A DNA stretch of 64,000 nucleotides from Octopus vulgaris (GCA_951406725.2 OX597826.1:14260001-14324000), one strand, 5' to 3'. Counted from the first letter of the stretch, positions 23,224-38,469 are shown. Numbers and translations: made by a program. Notes: a model not told the origin generated them from the letters alone.

Positions 23224-23539
23224 CTTAGTAGCAATTCGTTAGCCTTTAAAATCGGAACTCAAATTCCACCAAGGCCAACGGTGACATTGTTCGTTCCGGA
23301 TGTCGATGGAATAAGTACCAATTCCGCACTGTGGGGTCTATGTAATCGATTAATCACTCCCATAAATTTCATGTCTCCTGCCTATTTCTATTTCTATTAG
23401 GGATACTATTATCCTATCTGTCCCACATTCACGTTTTCGAAGTTTGCTTTCCTTTATTGACATTCTCACATGTTTTACACTAATTCTGCATCTAATTATT
23501 GTTGCCAGCGATGTAGTAGTTTTATTATTAACCTACAAG

Positions 23540-23765
23540 TAGCTGGTAAGCTGGCAGAATCTTTAGCACGCCGAGAAATATGCTTCGTGGCATTCCGGCC
23601 GTCATCATGTTCTGAGTTCAAATTCCGCCAAGACCGACTTTGTCTCTTATCCTTTCGGGGTCAAAAATAAGTGTATCAGTTGAGGACTTGTGACCATGTA
23701 ATCAAGTTAGTCCCTCCCCAGAACTTGCTGGGTCTGGGTCAGTGCCAAACTTTGAAATCATTATT
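23540..23765 (+). mobile_element. Older family A-related SINE with alternative tail
   Basis: GCTGGCAGAATCTTTAGCAC head and TCCTTTCGGGGTCAAAAATAAGT central domain. Tail ends GTGCCAAACTTTGAAATCATTATT. A more decayed relative lies at ~23228-23370. Confidence 0.75.
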
Positions 23766-24139
23766 AGCCTGCGACACCCTTTATAACTTCTTCCAATTCT
23801 AACTCTCCGCTATTTAACCATTCTCAGTTTTATTTTTTATGCCTATTATGTTCTCCCCGTATAAACAGAATAGAACACGTGCTTCACAGTCACAGAATTT
23901 CAAGCGTTCCGTTAATGGAATGCGATGAAGTACCACTCCAATGAATAAAACCCCAAATATCATGTAGCTTTTCACAAGGCTCTTTTATATTCAATAACAT
24001 CAAATACAGAATGGTACCCAAAAATTGTAATAACTGGTAACTGCTCATTAATAAAATGTTAAACCCTGCCATTGCCTTATTACACGGATTATACACAAGC
24101 AAGCGCGCACATATATATATACATATATATATTGTTACC

Positions 24140-24365
24140 AGCGGCGAGCTGGTAAAAACGTTAGCACGCCGGGCGAAATTCGTAGCCGTATTTCGTCTGT
24201 CGTTACGTTTCGAGTTCAAATTCCGCCGAGGTCGACTTTGCCTTTCATCCTTTCGGGGTCGATAAATTAAGTACCAGTTACGCACTGGGGTCGATGTAGT
24301 CGACTTAATCCCTTTGTCTGTCCTTGTTTGTCCCCTCTGTGTTTAGCCCCTTATGGGTAGTAAAG

Positions 24366-24370
<5 letters not shown>
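24140..24370 (+). mobile_element. tRNA-derived SINE, family A
   Basis: Near-identical to 47938-48170; sits between TA tracts. Confidence 0.92.
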
Positions 24371-24406
<36 letters not shown>

Positions 24407-24689
24407 CAGAAAAAGAGAGAGACATACATACAGAGACAGAGAGAGGGAGAGAGATACACACACATATAAACATACATACATACAGAAACACACACGTATA
24501 ATATAGTAAATATATTTATGCATAGATGTATGTATACATACATACATGTCAATATATTTATATACACAGATAGAGAGAGACTGATACATACATGTATATA
24601 TGTACTTACATACATATATACATACCTGTATAAATATGTATCGATTAGTAAAGTCATGTGAATTTGCATATGCAAGTATATATACATAA

Positions 24690-24734
<45 letters not shown>

Positions 24735-25497
24735 CATACATACACACACACAAACATACTCACGAATACGAAGACACATTGATGTATAATGAAAGTGTAT
24801 GAAAGCAATAGAGATCGATGGGAAAATAATAAACAGCGGGGGGAAAACGTGGGGAAACAAAGAGAAACGAAAGAAGCGTACAGAGTAAGATGGACGTATT
24901 GCCAGTGAGAGAGAGATATCTGTATGTTAGTCACTGCTTGTGAATGACTGTTGAATTTTTTAAGACGTTCTAGAGCGTGATCATCTGTAACTATTTAAGT
25001 AGATACTCCGCTGCTTCGTCCTGTCATTCTATGTAATTCAAATATATTACTGCATTCCGTCAAATGGGAAGTACTTCATAGCTACGTCCTCTAACGTTCT
25101 AGTCGTGACAATTAAGTGAAAATTCAGCATTTATCAATTACGAAAGTGTACTTCAGGACAGTAGTTGTCCGAGAATATAGAGACTCCTGTATACACGCAG
25201 TCACGCATATATATATATATATTGCATAGCTATACATTCTGAAATCTTCACAAACGATGACATGTAACAACAAATACACATTAAAAACACATTCAAATTC
25301 GCGTCTGCACACATTCACACACATACAGAGACTTAAGCTCAAAAATGCCAGGTCAAACAGTCATTGGAATACCAATTGAATGACATTTTCTTATCCAAAC
25401 TCAATCATATATTTAATGGCATGTATGCATATTCAACGATAAAGAAAGACATTCATTTCTACACGTGTGCAACTCAATCTGTCTCTCTGTCTGTTAA

Positions 25498-25499
<2 letters not shown>

Positions 25500-25595
<96 letters not shown>

Positions 25596-25600
25596 ATATC
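25500..25600. repeat. (TATC)n microsatellite
   Basis: Directly visible. Confidence 0.95.
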
Positions 25601-25811
25601 TAGCTAGCTATCTTTCTGTCTGTCTGCCTATCTATCTATATATGTGTGTGTATATATGTATATGTATACGTATTTATATTGAAGTACTGTTATATTCATT
25701 ACACATCAATAATCATTTATTTCAACAGTAATCTACCACATGTTTCTTTCTGACTATGCCTATTCCCATACACACCTCACATACTCTTTTAACCACCTTC
25801 ACACCCACATC

Positions 25812-25867
<56 letters not shown>

Positions 25868-26479
25868 AGAGAAAAAAGTTTAGTGGCTAACGATCTATCA
25901 TGGCGACTATATAAATATATATATATATATATAGATATAGATATATATATATCGACAGACAGATAGATAGAAAGCTAAACAGATGGAGCCACACTTAATC
26001 CAAACCAATACTAAATTATTAAAGAGCTGTAAATCTTATATCAAATACAGAAATAACCTGTACGTGATATCATATCATATCGCTTGATGATACATTAATC
26101 TTTTAATCGTTCCGTTTACACACGGCATATTTCTCTACTTTAGAGATAAGAACAAATTCATTACCGTTTTTTTACTGCATAATTCCGTTACACATGAGTG
26201 CGCAGGCGCGTGCACACATTCACACACACACACACACACACTCATACACACTCTCCCTCTCACACACGCATATTTCGTTCATAAAGCGAGAGAGATGTAG
26301 GGCAAAGGGTAAGTAAGAGTATTCTGGCAAAACTGGCGACCCCAACAAATCCTGTTTGGAGACGAGGTTCATTCTGGTTGAAATATTCTTGTCAAAGGAT
26401 GGTGGTGGGGGTAATGAACGAAGCGTGGGGGGGGGCCTTGGTATAGCTACAGGCACAGCTCTCATCCAACTGACTAAAA

Positions 26480-26686
26480 GCCGTTAGGAGTGGCTGTGTG
26501 GTAAGTAGCTTGCTTACGAGCCACAAGGTTCTGGGTTCAGTCTCACTGCCTGGCACCTTGGGCAAGTGTCTTCTTCTATAGCCTCAGGCCGACCAAACCT
26601 TGTGAGTGGATTTGGTATACGGAAACTGAAAGAAGCCCGTCGTATATATGTATATATTTATATGTATATATATATATATGTATATA

Positions 26687-26725
<39 letters not shown>

Positions 26726-26975
26726 ATGTGTGTGTGTGTGTGTGTGTATGTGTGTATATGTTTGTGTGCCTGCGTTTGTACCCCCTGACATTGCTTGACA
26801 ACCCATGCTGGTGTGTTTCCGTCCCTGCAACATAGCGGTTCGGCAAAAAGAGTCCGACAGAATAATTACTAGGCTTACAAAGAATAAGTCCTGGGGTCGA
26901 TTTGCTCGACTAAAAGGCGGTGCTCCAGCATGCCCACAGTCAAATGACTGAAACAAATAAAAGAGTAAAAGAGAG
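26480..26975 (+). mobile_element. tRNA-derived SINE, family B
   Basis: Homologous to 5200-5607 with a longer internal (TA)/(TG) tract. Confidence 0.92.
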
Positions 26976-28799
26976 TTCATTTGCTATATAATGTGTAATA
27001 CACAGCTTCTTTATCTCTTGTTCCCGACATGGTTGCGTCCCACAATGACGAACCGCATGACTGAAGTAATTGTTACCATGTACGAACAAGCTAACTTTAA
27101 GCATATACTTTTGTTTGCTTTATATTTTACTTTCGTCTTAAATCATTTATTTTAATTATAGATCTTACGTAATCGTTAAATTTAGTTGATGACTTATGAA
27201 TTAACACTGTGAACCGAATACTTGGTTTTTAGGTCAATTCGATTAGTATTATACATAAAACTTTCTGATCCTGAGTCAATTTTGTACATTTCTAGTAGGT
27301 AGAGAATAAAAATATATACGTATATATTCAGTTTCGTTTCTCCTGTTTCTTTCACCGACCTAATCACCCTAATCACCCTAATCACCCACGCACGTTCATG
27401 CACGCACACAAACACACACACGCACATACACACGCGCGTCGCACACACGTCAGAATGTGAATGCATATATCAATATACGTGTAGATATTTAAGTGTGTAT
27501 GAGTGAGAGATGGAGATAGAGAGAGTCAACCGGTGCTTTTTACAAGGATAATACACCTACCCCTTTCCCCTATATCTCTCTTCTAGTGTTTTATAAGTTA
27601 GATTTTAACGTCTCTCTCTTTTCTTCGTATAAAAAATTTGAAGAGTTAACAATATTTTAAAAGACTTCAGTAAGTAAACTACGACTATATTTTCTGATAA
27701 TATATGGATTTTAATTTTCTTTAATCTTTATCAGTTCAAGAAATTAGATACGTCAACCGTCAAAATAGATTAATTCCTCATTTACTGACAATATAGTCAA
27801 TAATATAATCGATGATATATGCTTATGTGTTGAGACGCGTTTCAATGTGTGGTTTTCATTTCGCTTCAATATCGAAGCCTGTACTCATGTGAATAATCTG
27901 ACGTAAATGTGGAAACACTTGAAACTTATTGGCTCTGAAGAAAAGTGAAATAAAAATAATATAAAACGCAGCGCCACGTCGTCAGCCATGAGACATACAT
28001 AAATTAGGAAATCTATAACGGATCGCAGATATCTCGAGACAAAACGAAATAAGGAAATAAAATAAAACAGTGCGATGTAAGCTATGTGGCACAAGAATGA
28101 ATATTTTGTTTGTAACTATATAAAAATCATTTCTAAAAGCAGTGAACGTATCTTCGGTGAACCTGCGTTATAGATGTCGATTAGTTTATAAGTTTACTAG
28201 GTATCAAACATCATACCCTATACTCTGGTTGTAAGACTCCCAAACTATTCGGTTGCTATCAAACGAATTTATATATGTATTTGTACTTTGTATTACAATT
28301 AGTAAGACTGCTAAAGTTTGCATATTATGATTATGACGTGTTTCCAGTACAAAGGCAACTATGCGTTTGTGTTTATGTTTTCTAGCTTATTAGTCAATAT
28401 GAAGAAAATGAAGAGATGTTTCCTCAAGCACAAAGACTGAGACTTATCTTGGGTAAAGAGATACCTCATCAGATTGCATATATATCCTCAAACTTTCAGT
28501 TGTCACTGTGCGCAAAAATCTTTCGTTGAAAAACAAGCTTCTTACTTAAGCATAAGTTTGAGCTCAGTAGTTTATAGTCTCAAGTTAGTTATTATTACTT
28601 TTTTGAGTAACTAACATTTTTGAGTATGCATAAATATCTTCTTCTTCTTCTTCTTCTTCTTCTTCTTCTTCTTCTTCTTCTTCTTCTTCTTCTTCTTCTC
28701 CCCCCCTCCTCCTTCTCCTCCTTCTTCTTCTTCCTCGTTATCCTCCTCATCATCACCAACACTGTTATTATTATGCTAGTGCAGTTTAATTTACTCAGC

Positions 28800-29420
28800 A
28801 GCTATCTTTATCTTGAGGTTTGGTGACAACAAATCTCAAATCTCAAGACTCTTCATGAAGAATACTGTATGATTTCAGTTTCAATCTCTTTCCAATCTCT
28901 TTCAGTCTACTAGATAGTATTTTGGGTGCTGTGTCTAATGCACCAATCACTAAGGTATAAACGTTGTCTTGCTCTTCCACAGTTTCCACAGTTCACTGAC
29001 TGGATCTTGATATTTCTCAATTTTTTCAACTTCTTCGGTGTCCACTTTACCATCAGAAGGAATTGCAGAATCTATGCGCTTACACTGTTTATTTTGTCAC
29101 CTATTATTATATCTAGTCTTCTTGCATTAACTGCAAAATCAGTCTTTATGAGGAAGTCTTACATGATCATGCCATTCTCATTTTGTATCACAGCTTCTGC
29201 ATCCATACCACTTTTCTGTTGTTTTCAGGCCACACACTCGGCTAACATCCCGATTTACTCTTTTGCCTACACAGTCATGTCTGCGTTTGTACTCTTTTTG
29301 TTCGTGAAACTCATTCAAAAGATGTTTGATATTTTCGGCTTTTAGTATGCGGCACTCCTTTATAAAATGGTTGATACTTTCATCACGTTTACTGCAGATT
29401 GTACATTTGCTGTCTGACTG
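28800..29420 (-). mobile_element. Decayed R4/Dong-type LINE 3' fragment
   Basis: Minus strand: IM*DFLIKTDFAVNARRLDIIIGDK, EKIEKYQD, WKLWK, VIGAL. Follows a (CTT)n tract at 28637-28700. Confidence 0.7.
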
Positions 29421-30539
29421 GGTTTGTCGAACTCTGCTTTTCTCATATTTATTCTAAAGGCTTCTTCTCCAGGGTTGTTCTAAAGGTTTCTTCTTCAGGT
29501 TGGGTGCTTCTTTGGAAAGGCTCTACTTTTATACCCTAATAGAGCCTCAGATCATATATACGTGTGTGTGTGTGCATGTATGTGACACTGTATTGCGCGT
29601 GTGTGTGCGCGTGAGAACGTGAATTTTTTTTGACTGGTGTTTTCGACTGCGTTGCTACTACACATTTAGTTTTATCATCACCAGTAGCAGTATACTATAG
29701 CTTCATTTTTGGCTTATAATTTCACTAACAACACACCACCCCTACACCAATGCATTGCTTTGTAAGTATGACGCTTATAATGACAACATAACAATAGTTC
29801 CAAACGTGCGTGGGAGTTAAAATGCAATATGAGAAACAATTTGCATAGCGTGATCAACCTTTGCTTCTAACATCTCTGAAGAATTTTTGGAAATTACCTT
29901 CGTTCGAAAAATTCACCTAGTCGGAAGCTGATGTCTCTCTTCAATTATCATTGACTTCCCTTCTCTACTGAAGAATTAATTATATTTCCTCCAGCATTTA
30001 TTCTGTAGCCATATATCAGTTCATGCATTACTTCATAACTTTGTCTTTATATTTGAATTTCATGCAGGTTATTTTAATACTGGTAATAATATATCTGGAT
30101 TTACTGCAGCAAAACAAAAAAAGTGTGATGTATTTTAAAAGGGTTGGATTCTAAAGTTTCTTTATAAGTGTTTCTGTGTTTAAATTTTTTTTATTCATTA
30201 TGAGGGTCTTCATTGAAGGATTGTATTCAACTGGGAAGTAAAAGCCAGAGGCTTTTATGTATGATAAAACACATGATGTTATTAAATTTATGTATCAGCT
30301 TAAATTTTGATAAGAACAGAATACCAATTTAATCAGTTGTCTTTTCCTATTACAGATGGATGTCAAGATCTCGTAACAGAATTTAGGAGAACCTCATAGA
30401 ATGTATTTATTCCTATATGTGGGTGTATGTGTGACCTTGTGTACGTGACTGTGTTAGCCTCATATCTACAATCTAAAAATAGGTGTCTATATTTTTTTAT
30501 GTTACTTTATATTTCATAACTAGCAATACAACAAACAGA

Positions 30540-31110
30540 TCGGTCATAACACATTTTCACGAACTAAGAAAAGTTAGTGAGTGGGTAGTCCATCATGTAA
30601 ATGGTACTCATTTTAATCAGGTTTACCATCCGCTGATCATTCAAGAAAAAGACTTGCTGCAAAATTTTCTTTAAGCAGAATAATCACAAGAGATAAAAAA
30701 ATATAGGGTTCTACATTAATATATCCAATTGAAACAGCAATAGTTCGCTCACAATGAAAAAAGAAAAGCCATCTTTAAACCAGGACTACATCCTAAAAAT
30801 GTTATGCTATGCGTTTGGTGGGGCACGAAACGTATTTATCTATTATGAAACGTTAACACATATCAGTTAAAGCGGCGTATTGTGATGAATTGGAAACACT
30901 GCAAAAAAAAAAGAAAGAAAAAGCAAACACATCGCCTAGCATTGGTCAGTCGTCAATACATGTTGTTCTTACGCGATAAATGAAGACCACATATTAACCA
31001 AGACACCTGCCTAAAGTTTGTTGAACTAATAAGGTCAATATAAAATGAAATATTGTCAGATCCGGTAACATTTCATTACAAGATACAAAACTTCCACATT
31101 ATTCAATGGG
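30540..31110 (+). mobile_element. Highly decayed mariner transposase remnant
   Basis: HFHELRKVSEWVVH and KPGLHPKNVMLCVWWG motifs. Confidence 0.65.
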
Positions 31111-31304
31111 CAAAATTTACAACGAACTGCAGCTGGACGTCAAATACGAAAAAGAAGTAAGCTGCACCCCGTGTCACGAAGCCACGCGTTGACATGTATT
31201 TATATACACAGATACTCATATATAAATATATAACTGCAGTTATATTTATATATAAGTATGTATGCATTTGTGAATGTGTGTCTCTGTGTATCATATTAAT
31301 GAAT

Positions 31305-31430
31305 ACTTTTCCACTCTAGACACAAGACCCTGAAATTTTTGAGGAGGGGACCAGTCGATTAGATCGACCTCAGTACGCAAATGGTGCTTAATTCATCGAC
31401 TCCGAAATAATGAGAGGCAATGTCGACCTA
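31305..31430 (-). mobile_element. Family A-related SINE 3' fragment (alternative tail)
   Basis: CACAAGACCCTGAAATTTTTGAGGAGGGG..GTCGATTAGATCGACCTCAGTAC..ATCGACTCCGAAA. Confidence 0.65.
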
Positions 31431-32478
31431 TTAATGTATACTGTCACTGTAATTTATTGGATGACATAATGTTGCAGTTACAATCAAATGAATAAGCTTA
31501 ACCACAATGAATTAAAATTTTAACATATTTACAAGAGGGTATCATTCTTTTATGATGTCTCTCATGTTTCTCTGAAATGCTGTACCCCAAATTCAACCTC
31601 AATTGCTATATCACCCTCTCTTACATGCAGTTGCTCCCATTCTAGAGATCGATCTCCTGAGGATTTATTCTCATGGATGCAATACGCCAGGACGTGTGTA
31701 TTTCTTGATGTTAAACTTACTGAAACTGCTACCTACAATCTTTTGCTTCTAATCCTATTATCTCTGCGGTGTCACTTCCATCATTAACCAAACTTGGTTG
31801 ATTTATTACCCATTACCGGTCTTATTTGTGTAAAATAAACAATTCATAGGTAATATGAAGGCAATAGTTGTAGTAAAAGTGAAGAAAACGCTAAAATTTC
31901 TAGAATAAATTTCGTTTTCTTTTTTTTTCCATAATTACCTCAACAACGACACTTCAGAACGTTGAACATAGCAATCCCTTTGCAGTTGTTAGTAAGAAAG
32001 CAATAATACTGCACCTGGTAACAAACTAATATTCGAAGATATTTTATGTAGGGTACATGGAGCTACGTATCCTACCGGTGACCACCATAAGGATCCATAT
32101 ACCTGGATCATATATTTCCAGATGCCTTTATTGCACTAATCCTTTAAGCGATAGAAAATATTTTAGCCTTAATCAATTTCTATGCATCGCATACATGTCA
32201 GATAATGTAACTATCACGTACAAGTATTCTACACACATTTAAAGACTAAGACATCTGGTAGATCGACAAAACTTCGCGCAACAATATGCTACAAATATTT
32301 CCACTGAAATATGCTTCTTCAATCAAATAATTAAATGGCTACCCTTCTTCTGATATTGCTAATTGCGTACAACTGCCGACTTGCTCTTTTGATAAATTTG
32401 TTTCTCTTCTGTTTAGCATCTCTTCTATTTAACACAGGCTGCATAAGATATTTCCTAAATAATTCTTCTACATATATA

Positions 32479-32651
32479 GACGCAGGAGCGGCTGTGTGGT
32501 AAGTAGCTTGTTCACCAACCTCATAGTTCCGGGTTCAGTCCCACTGCGTGGCACCTTCGGCAATTGTCTTCTACTATAGCCTCGGGCCGACCAAAGCCTT
32601 GTGAGTGGATTTGGTAGACGGAAACTGAAAGAAGCCCGTCGTATATATGTA

Positions 32652-32702
<51 letters not shown>

Positions 32703-32939
32703 ATGTGTGTGTGCGTGTATGTTTGTAAGTCTATGTTTGTCCCCACAACATCGCTTGACAATCGATGCTGGTGTGTGTATGTCCCCGTCACTTAGCGGTT
32801 CGGCAAAAGAGACCGATAGAATAAGTACTGAGCTTACAAAGAATAAGTCCCGGAGTCGAGTTGCTCGATTGAAGGCGGTGCTCCAGCATGGCCGCAGTCA
32901 AATGACTGAAACAAGTAAAAGAGTAAAGAGTAAAGAGTA
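32479..32939 (+). mobile_element. tRNA-derived SINE, family B
   Basis: Homologous to 5200-5607. Confidence 0.92.
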
Positions 32940-33269
32940 TATGAAAGCCCTCTGAGATTCTGTTTCTTTCTAAATTCGTCATACAGTCGTCGACCTACAG
33001 AACGTTCAAAGTGAACACTTATAACTCCTAAGTCAAGGAGCAGCAAAAAGTAATATTTTCATAAGCAAATGCTACATATTTGTGCGTAATATTTCGTAGG
33101 TGATTTATAGAAAATATTTTCTTATACAAGAATATGTTTTCTTAGCTGTTTACTCTATTTCGTGTTTCATATATGTATTGCATATAATTGTGAGGTCGGA
33201 CTATAACAATGTTGTTGATATTCAAACACATCGTCGTCAGCTGCTGCAGCTACTATTACGTCTATTCCT

Positions 33270-33509
<240 letters not shown>

Positions 33510-33712
33510 CTTTTCTTCTATAGGCACAAGGTTTGTGATTCGTGGTGGGGGAGACAGTCGATCACATCGGCCCCAGTACTCAAATATTTCTTAATTTATC
33601 GACCCCGAAAGGATGAAAGGCAAAAACGACCTCAGCGGAATTTGAACTCAGAACGTATCGGCAGACGAAACACTGCTAAGCATATTACTAAGCGTGCCCA
33701 CGATTCGACCAA
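33510..33712 (-). mobile_element. Family A-related SINE with alternative tail ending in (ATT)n
   Basis: ATCGACCCCGAAAGGATGAAAGGCAAA central domain; the plus strand shows TTCTATAGGCACAAGG next to the TAA tract. Confidence 0.8.
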
Positions 33713-36227
33713 ATAATAATGATAATAACAGTCCCGATGTAAATGATATAATATAAAACACGGAATGGATAGAAAATCTGAAAAGAAGTCTCATAGATTA
33801 CCTCCCTATCATTTATGGATTACCTATGTTTTTTGCTAGTGAGAAGACTAAAACAACTCGGGATCTAAGTATATAGTAATTCATTTGAAAATGACGTGTG
33901 GGTGACGTGCAGTCGTAATTGTCAACCAACTTGTGAAGAAGTTAGTATTTCTGAAATTCTAGACAAAATAAAATATACAAGCTTATCATATACATATCTA
34001 ATAAGGTTTTAAATGTCAGTGAAAAATACGCTAGTTTCCAGAAATATCTACTAGTAGAAAGACCGCCCTCCGGATGGTTTTCTGCTAGCCTCTTGATAAT
34101 ATTTTCACAGTTGATACACATCCACAAGAAAACTGGACACGTATATCAATGATGAACGAAGTGTTAATTGCAGCTAAAGATAGTAATCTATTTGAAAGAC
34201 TCTACTCTAAGGAGATCAACAAATGCGAGTACAGTCGTGATCAAGAAGGCCATAGTTTACGCATGTGAGAGAAAGACCACGTTAGAAGTTTATATACCTG
34301 GGAGTGAAAAAAGTATTTCAACAGCACCTAAATCTGCCTTCAGATTTTCAAAACCCTATGACATATTAATAGTAATAGGTACAATAGTAATATCCTGACG
34401 GTAGCATGTTGGGCATAGACTCATATCCGATTACGGTTTAACTCTGCTACAAAAAGGAAGAAGCTGTTCATCACACAAGCTTCCATTGAGTTCCTGTATA
34501 TCCATTTTAACTCAACCAGGTTGCATCCAGTCGATACTATGGAAGAAGACGCTTGCCTAAATTTAAGTGGGGCAATCTGAAGACATAAACTATTTCATAG
34601 CGTGAGGCCGTGTTTAAGTCCAAAGGGAGAAGGGAAATGTGATCAAAGCAGTGTAAAGAAAAACGCTGTTTCCATAGTATAAGAAAGGGAATATCCGATT
34701 ATTTTCCTCAATCATCCATTAACGTATATGCAAAATAAACAAAACGAAATCAGAATGCGTGCGTGTGTTTGTGCGCGCCCGTGAGCGCAGGTTTGTGTGT
34801 GCATGCGGGCATGTGTGCAGACAAGAAGGGATGTAGATGCGGAGTCAGCGGATTCGGTAGTTGTTGCATCTGTATCTCTCAGGACAGCACACTTTCTATA
34901 TAAATCTTGTGAGTGAACGATTGCCATAGAATGACAGTGTGCCACTCAGAGGTTTCATTTCCTTTTGCGCATCTCGAACATATGTTGTTCTTGGAAACCT
35001 CAACGTAGTTCTGGGAATTCTCTTGAATAGGCAACGTCACTCCTTTATCGTGCAGCTTCAGCAGATAAAGTCATCGTCTCTCATATCTTCCACTAACTTT
35101 AGAATGTGTACGCTAACTTTACATTTTGAAAAATGACGAAGTGGACGGGAAGTTGACGAGAAAAAATGAATAAATAAATTGATGATGATCATGATGATCA
35201 TGATATCAGTGATGGCAGTGGTGCTCGTGCTGCTGATGGTAGTTGTAGTATTCATACCGATAGTGGTCGTGGATGGGCTGATGGTTGAGGTGGTGGTATA
35301 AAGCAATTCCGGTGGGTTGTTCAAATGGCAGATCAATTTTGTCTCGTGAACAGATGAATCAATCTTCCTGTGGCTTCTAACCGCATTATATCTCCCGGGC
35401 TATATACTAAGTATAAGCTCTCTTAGAATATCCTGATGAGCTCAAACAAAGATGAAGTGAAGGATCAATAAAGAATTTGATATCGAAATAAATGTGACAA
35501 CGGAATGTGCTAAATGTGTTTTCGAGAATTTCATGCGTTTCTCAGTTCTAATTATGCGATTCATATTAAACTAGACATAATTCACACCTTACTTGAAGAT
35601 ACGATGGAACCAGATTCACGTCACCCTGCCACATAAATGAATGCATATGTATATTTTAATTTTTTTAACAAAGTCAGAGGTTATAATGAATAATACGGAT
35701 CGATGGTTTGTGATTTTTGCCTTGTAATGCCATATATTCAGGTTACGACTTCGTCAATGGAGGAATTGTGAAGTGTTTATAGAACACAGACACCAGCTCA
35801 CAATACCATTTCCTGAAAATTTTAAAAATAAAATGTAAAAGTACTAATCATTGACCTGTTTTATCTCTTAAAATTTGCATTGTTTATGGGGTTATAAAAA
35901 ATACACTTATATCTATCAGTTAACGCTTCATGGAAACTATAAAACAATTTTTATTCATGGATATGTGCGTTTGTTTGTGTTTCTGTGTATGCGTTCGTGT
36001 GCGTCTGTGTGTGTGTGCATGTATGTGTGTGCATGTGTGTGTGCATATGTGTGTGTGTGTGCATGTATGTGTGATGCAAAGAACTGCTATCTGGTGTGAT
36101 TTTTAATAAACAAACTATTTTATTACTGTACACATAGAGAAATGTTACTACTAAAGACAAAACATTGAGAGAGTTTGAATAACATTGTTCTTAGTGTGCG
36201 TTTGTAGCACCAGTCAAAATGTCACTT

Positions 36228-36435
36228 TCGTATTTTGGCACAAGGCCAGCAGTTTTGAGGGAGAGGCTAAGTCGATTAAATCGACCACGGTGCTCAACTC
36301 GTATTTATTTTATCGACGGTAAAATGATCAAAGGAAAAGTCAACCACCGAGGAATTTGAACTTAGAATGTTGAGACAGACGAAACGCCGCTAAGCATCAT
36401 ACCCGGTATGCTAAGGATTGTGCCAGCTCACCGTT
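36228..36435 (-). mobile_element. Family A-related SINE with alternative tail
   Basis: TTTTGGCACAAGGCCAGCAGTTTTGAGGGAGAGG tail and TGCCAGCTCACCG head (as read on the plus strand). Confidence 0.75.
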
Positions 36436-37107
36436 CTTTCATCAGTCAAAATATTAGCTGGTACACGTTTTGTTGTATGTAATTAGCTATTCAATGTAAT
36501 TAACTGCTAGTCATATAACTATCTTCTATTATCCCTCGTTCGCTGTCAGTTCGCTGCTTTTATGTTAGAAGGACATTAGATCCGTTGAGTGACTAATAGT
36601 TCAAGGTACCCGAAAAAAACATATTCGTTGAAAGTATGTAAAATAACCTGGAAACATACAAAAAAACCCAGCGAAATAAAATTCGTTCGTGGGAAACACT
36701 GAGGTCCTCTTTTCTTTTTCGGAAAAAGTGGCTTGCGGCGGGTTAGGAGGTCAGATAAGTTTAATGCACTGTGGAAAAAATCTGTGGAAAAGAATTATTT
36801 CACACCGAGGTACGAACGGCTCCTTTAAAAAATATTTACCCACTTTTTAATAATTAAAATATTGTCTGTTTAAAGAAAGCTAAAATATAAATTCTTACTG
36901 TACAAACAATTTGTACTTTTAAGTCATTTTCACTTAAAAATATTTTTTAAATATGTCAACAAACATTTTTGTAATGGTATTCATTTAAAAATATATTTGT
37001 TAAGAAATTAAAATGTTGTCTATTTAAAAAAAAAGCCAAAATATAAATACTTACTGTAGTAAAAACTTGTATTTTTGAAATCACATTCACTTACAAATAT
37101 TTCTTAA

Positions 37108-37197
37108 TTTTTTTATTGCCCAGAAGGGGCTAAACAGATAGGGGACAAGCAAGGACAGACAAATGGATTAAGTCGATTACATCGACCCCGGTGCGTA
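37108..37197 (-). mobile_element. Family A SINE, 3' tail only
   Basis: CCCAGAAGGGGCTAAACAGATAGGGGACAAGCAAGGACAGACAAATGGATTAAGTCGATTACATCGACCCC. Confidence 0.8.
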
Positions 37198-38370
37198 AAA
37201 TATTGTGTTTAACAAAAGCGAAAATAGAAACATTTACTATAAAAGCAACTCATACTTTTTCGTTGGGTAGTGAAACTCACTAAGACTCTTGTCCAGGTCA
37301 TGAAGCTTGTCTTCAAAATACAGAAGACAATGAACATAATCGAAAGGTTGGAGTTTCTTCCCTTTCAGGGTTATTTTATTTTCGGAGTATTTACTCATTA
37401 TGCAACGTTTTGGGTATTTATGAATACCCACAAAACACCCAATATCTCAGGAAACCTTAGTCCGATTTATGCGAAACTTTTTTATTCTGTTTGTATTCAC
37501 CTTAATTCATAATAGTTTCCCATTATGCGCCAGTTTGGTTTTATTAAAAAAACAGACAAGCAAGCAAGTAATCAGAAACGTAGATAGATAGATAGTTAGA
37601 TAGATAGATAGATAGATAGATGATAGATAGTTAGCAAGTATGCATTCTAAGAACTACTCAATATATAACCTACTCAAAAGAATTAAAATCATCTATATTT
37701 GATAAAAATTGATAATTATAGGCTGATGTTGCAGTTTCGAGATAATCTTCAGAGTACTACAATGAGATAAATATGAAAGGCAACTGAAGTTCGTTAAAAT
37801 GTTTAACAAACCAAATTATGTCAATATAAAACATTGCCACCAACCTTACTTATTAAAATTTTCTCGAATCCTGCTCGATTTTTGAACATTCAACTAATCA
37901 ACGAATATTTCGGAAGATATCAAATATTAAATGAATGCTCGGTAAGAAGCTACTTTAATAATAACATGAATAACATCTGAAACACCTGGTCCGAGAGAAA
38001 GAGAAGACGGAAAGGAAAATTAATCGTGTACTTTACTTAATTAATCATAGTAGCTTCGCCAATGACTTGGATCTTCATTAAACTACTTGAATTAGTTAAT
38101 AGTTCCTTTTGACCTATAATTATTATTAGATAATTAAGTATTTAATAAAATCTCTAATGCACTTTCGTATTTTACAGTTAAACTGTGACAGTAATTTTGC
38201 ACATTATAACAAATCCAGAATTACTAAATTTGACACAATCATTTAGCAAGACAATAAAATCTTGTGCACGAGCCATTACATCAGTAAATGTCACCGACAA
38301 GTTATCTGCATGGTTAGAGATAATCTTTGAAACCTTTTATTATCAATGAGAATTTGATGCATGTATTAGA

Positions 38371-38427
<57 letters not shown>

Positions 38428-38469
38428 CATTATTATTATTATTATTATCATCATCATCATCATTATTTT

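Noticed and set aside
27357-27388. Telomere-like repeat (CCCTAATCA)x3
   Set aside because: The unit is 9 bp with only three copies, not a (CCCTAA)n array.
30345-30410. Possible host exon after TTTTCCTATTACAG
   Set aside because: Short, no clear strong donor site and no recognisable peptide.
34700-35140. Possible promoter or first exon (TATATAAA near 34897, GC-richer upstream stretch)
   Set aside because: Such motifs are common in AT-rich DNA and no downstream gene is supported.
35432-35470. CTGATGA hammerhead core
   Set aside because: No stem II or correctly placed GAAA follows.
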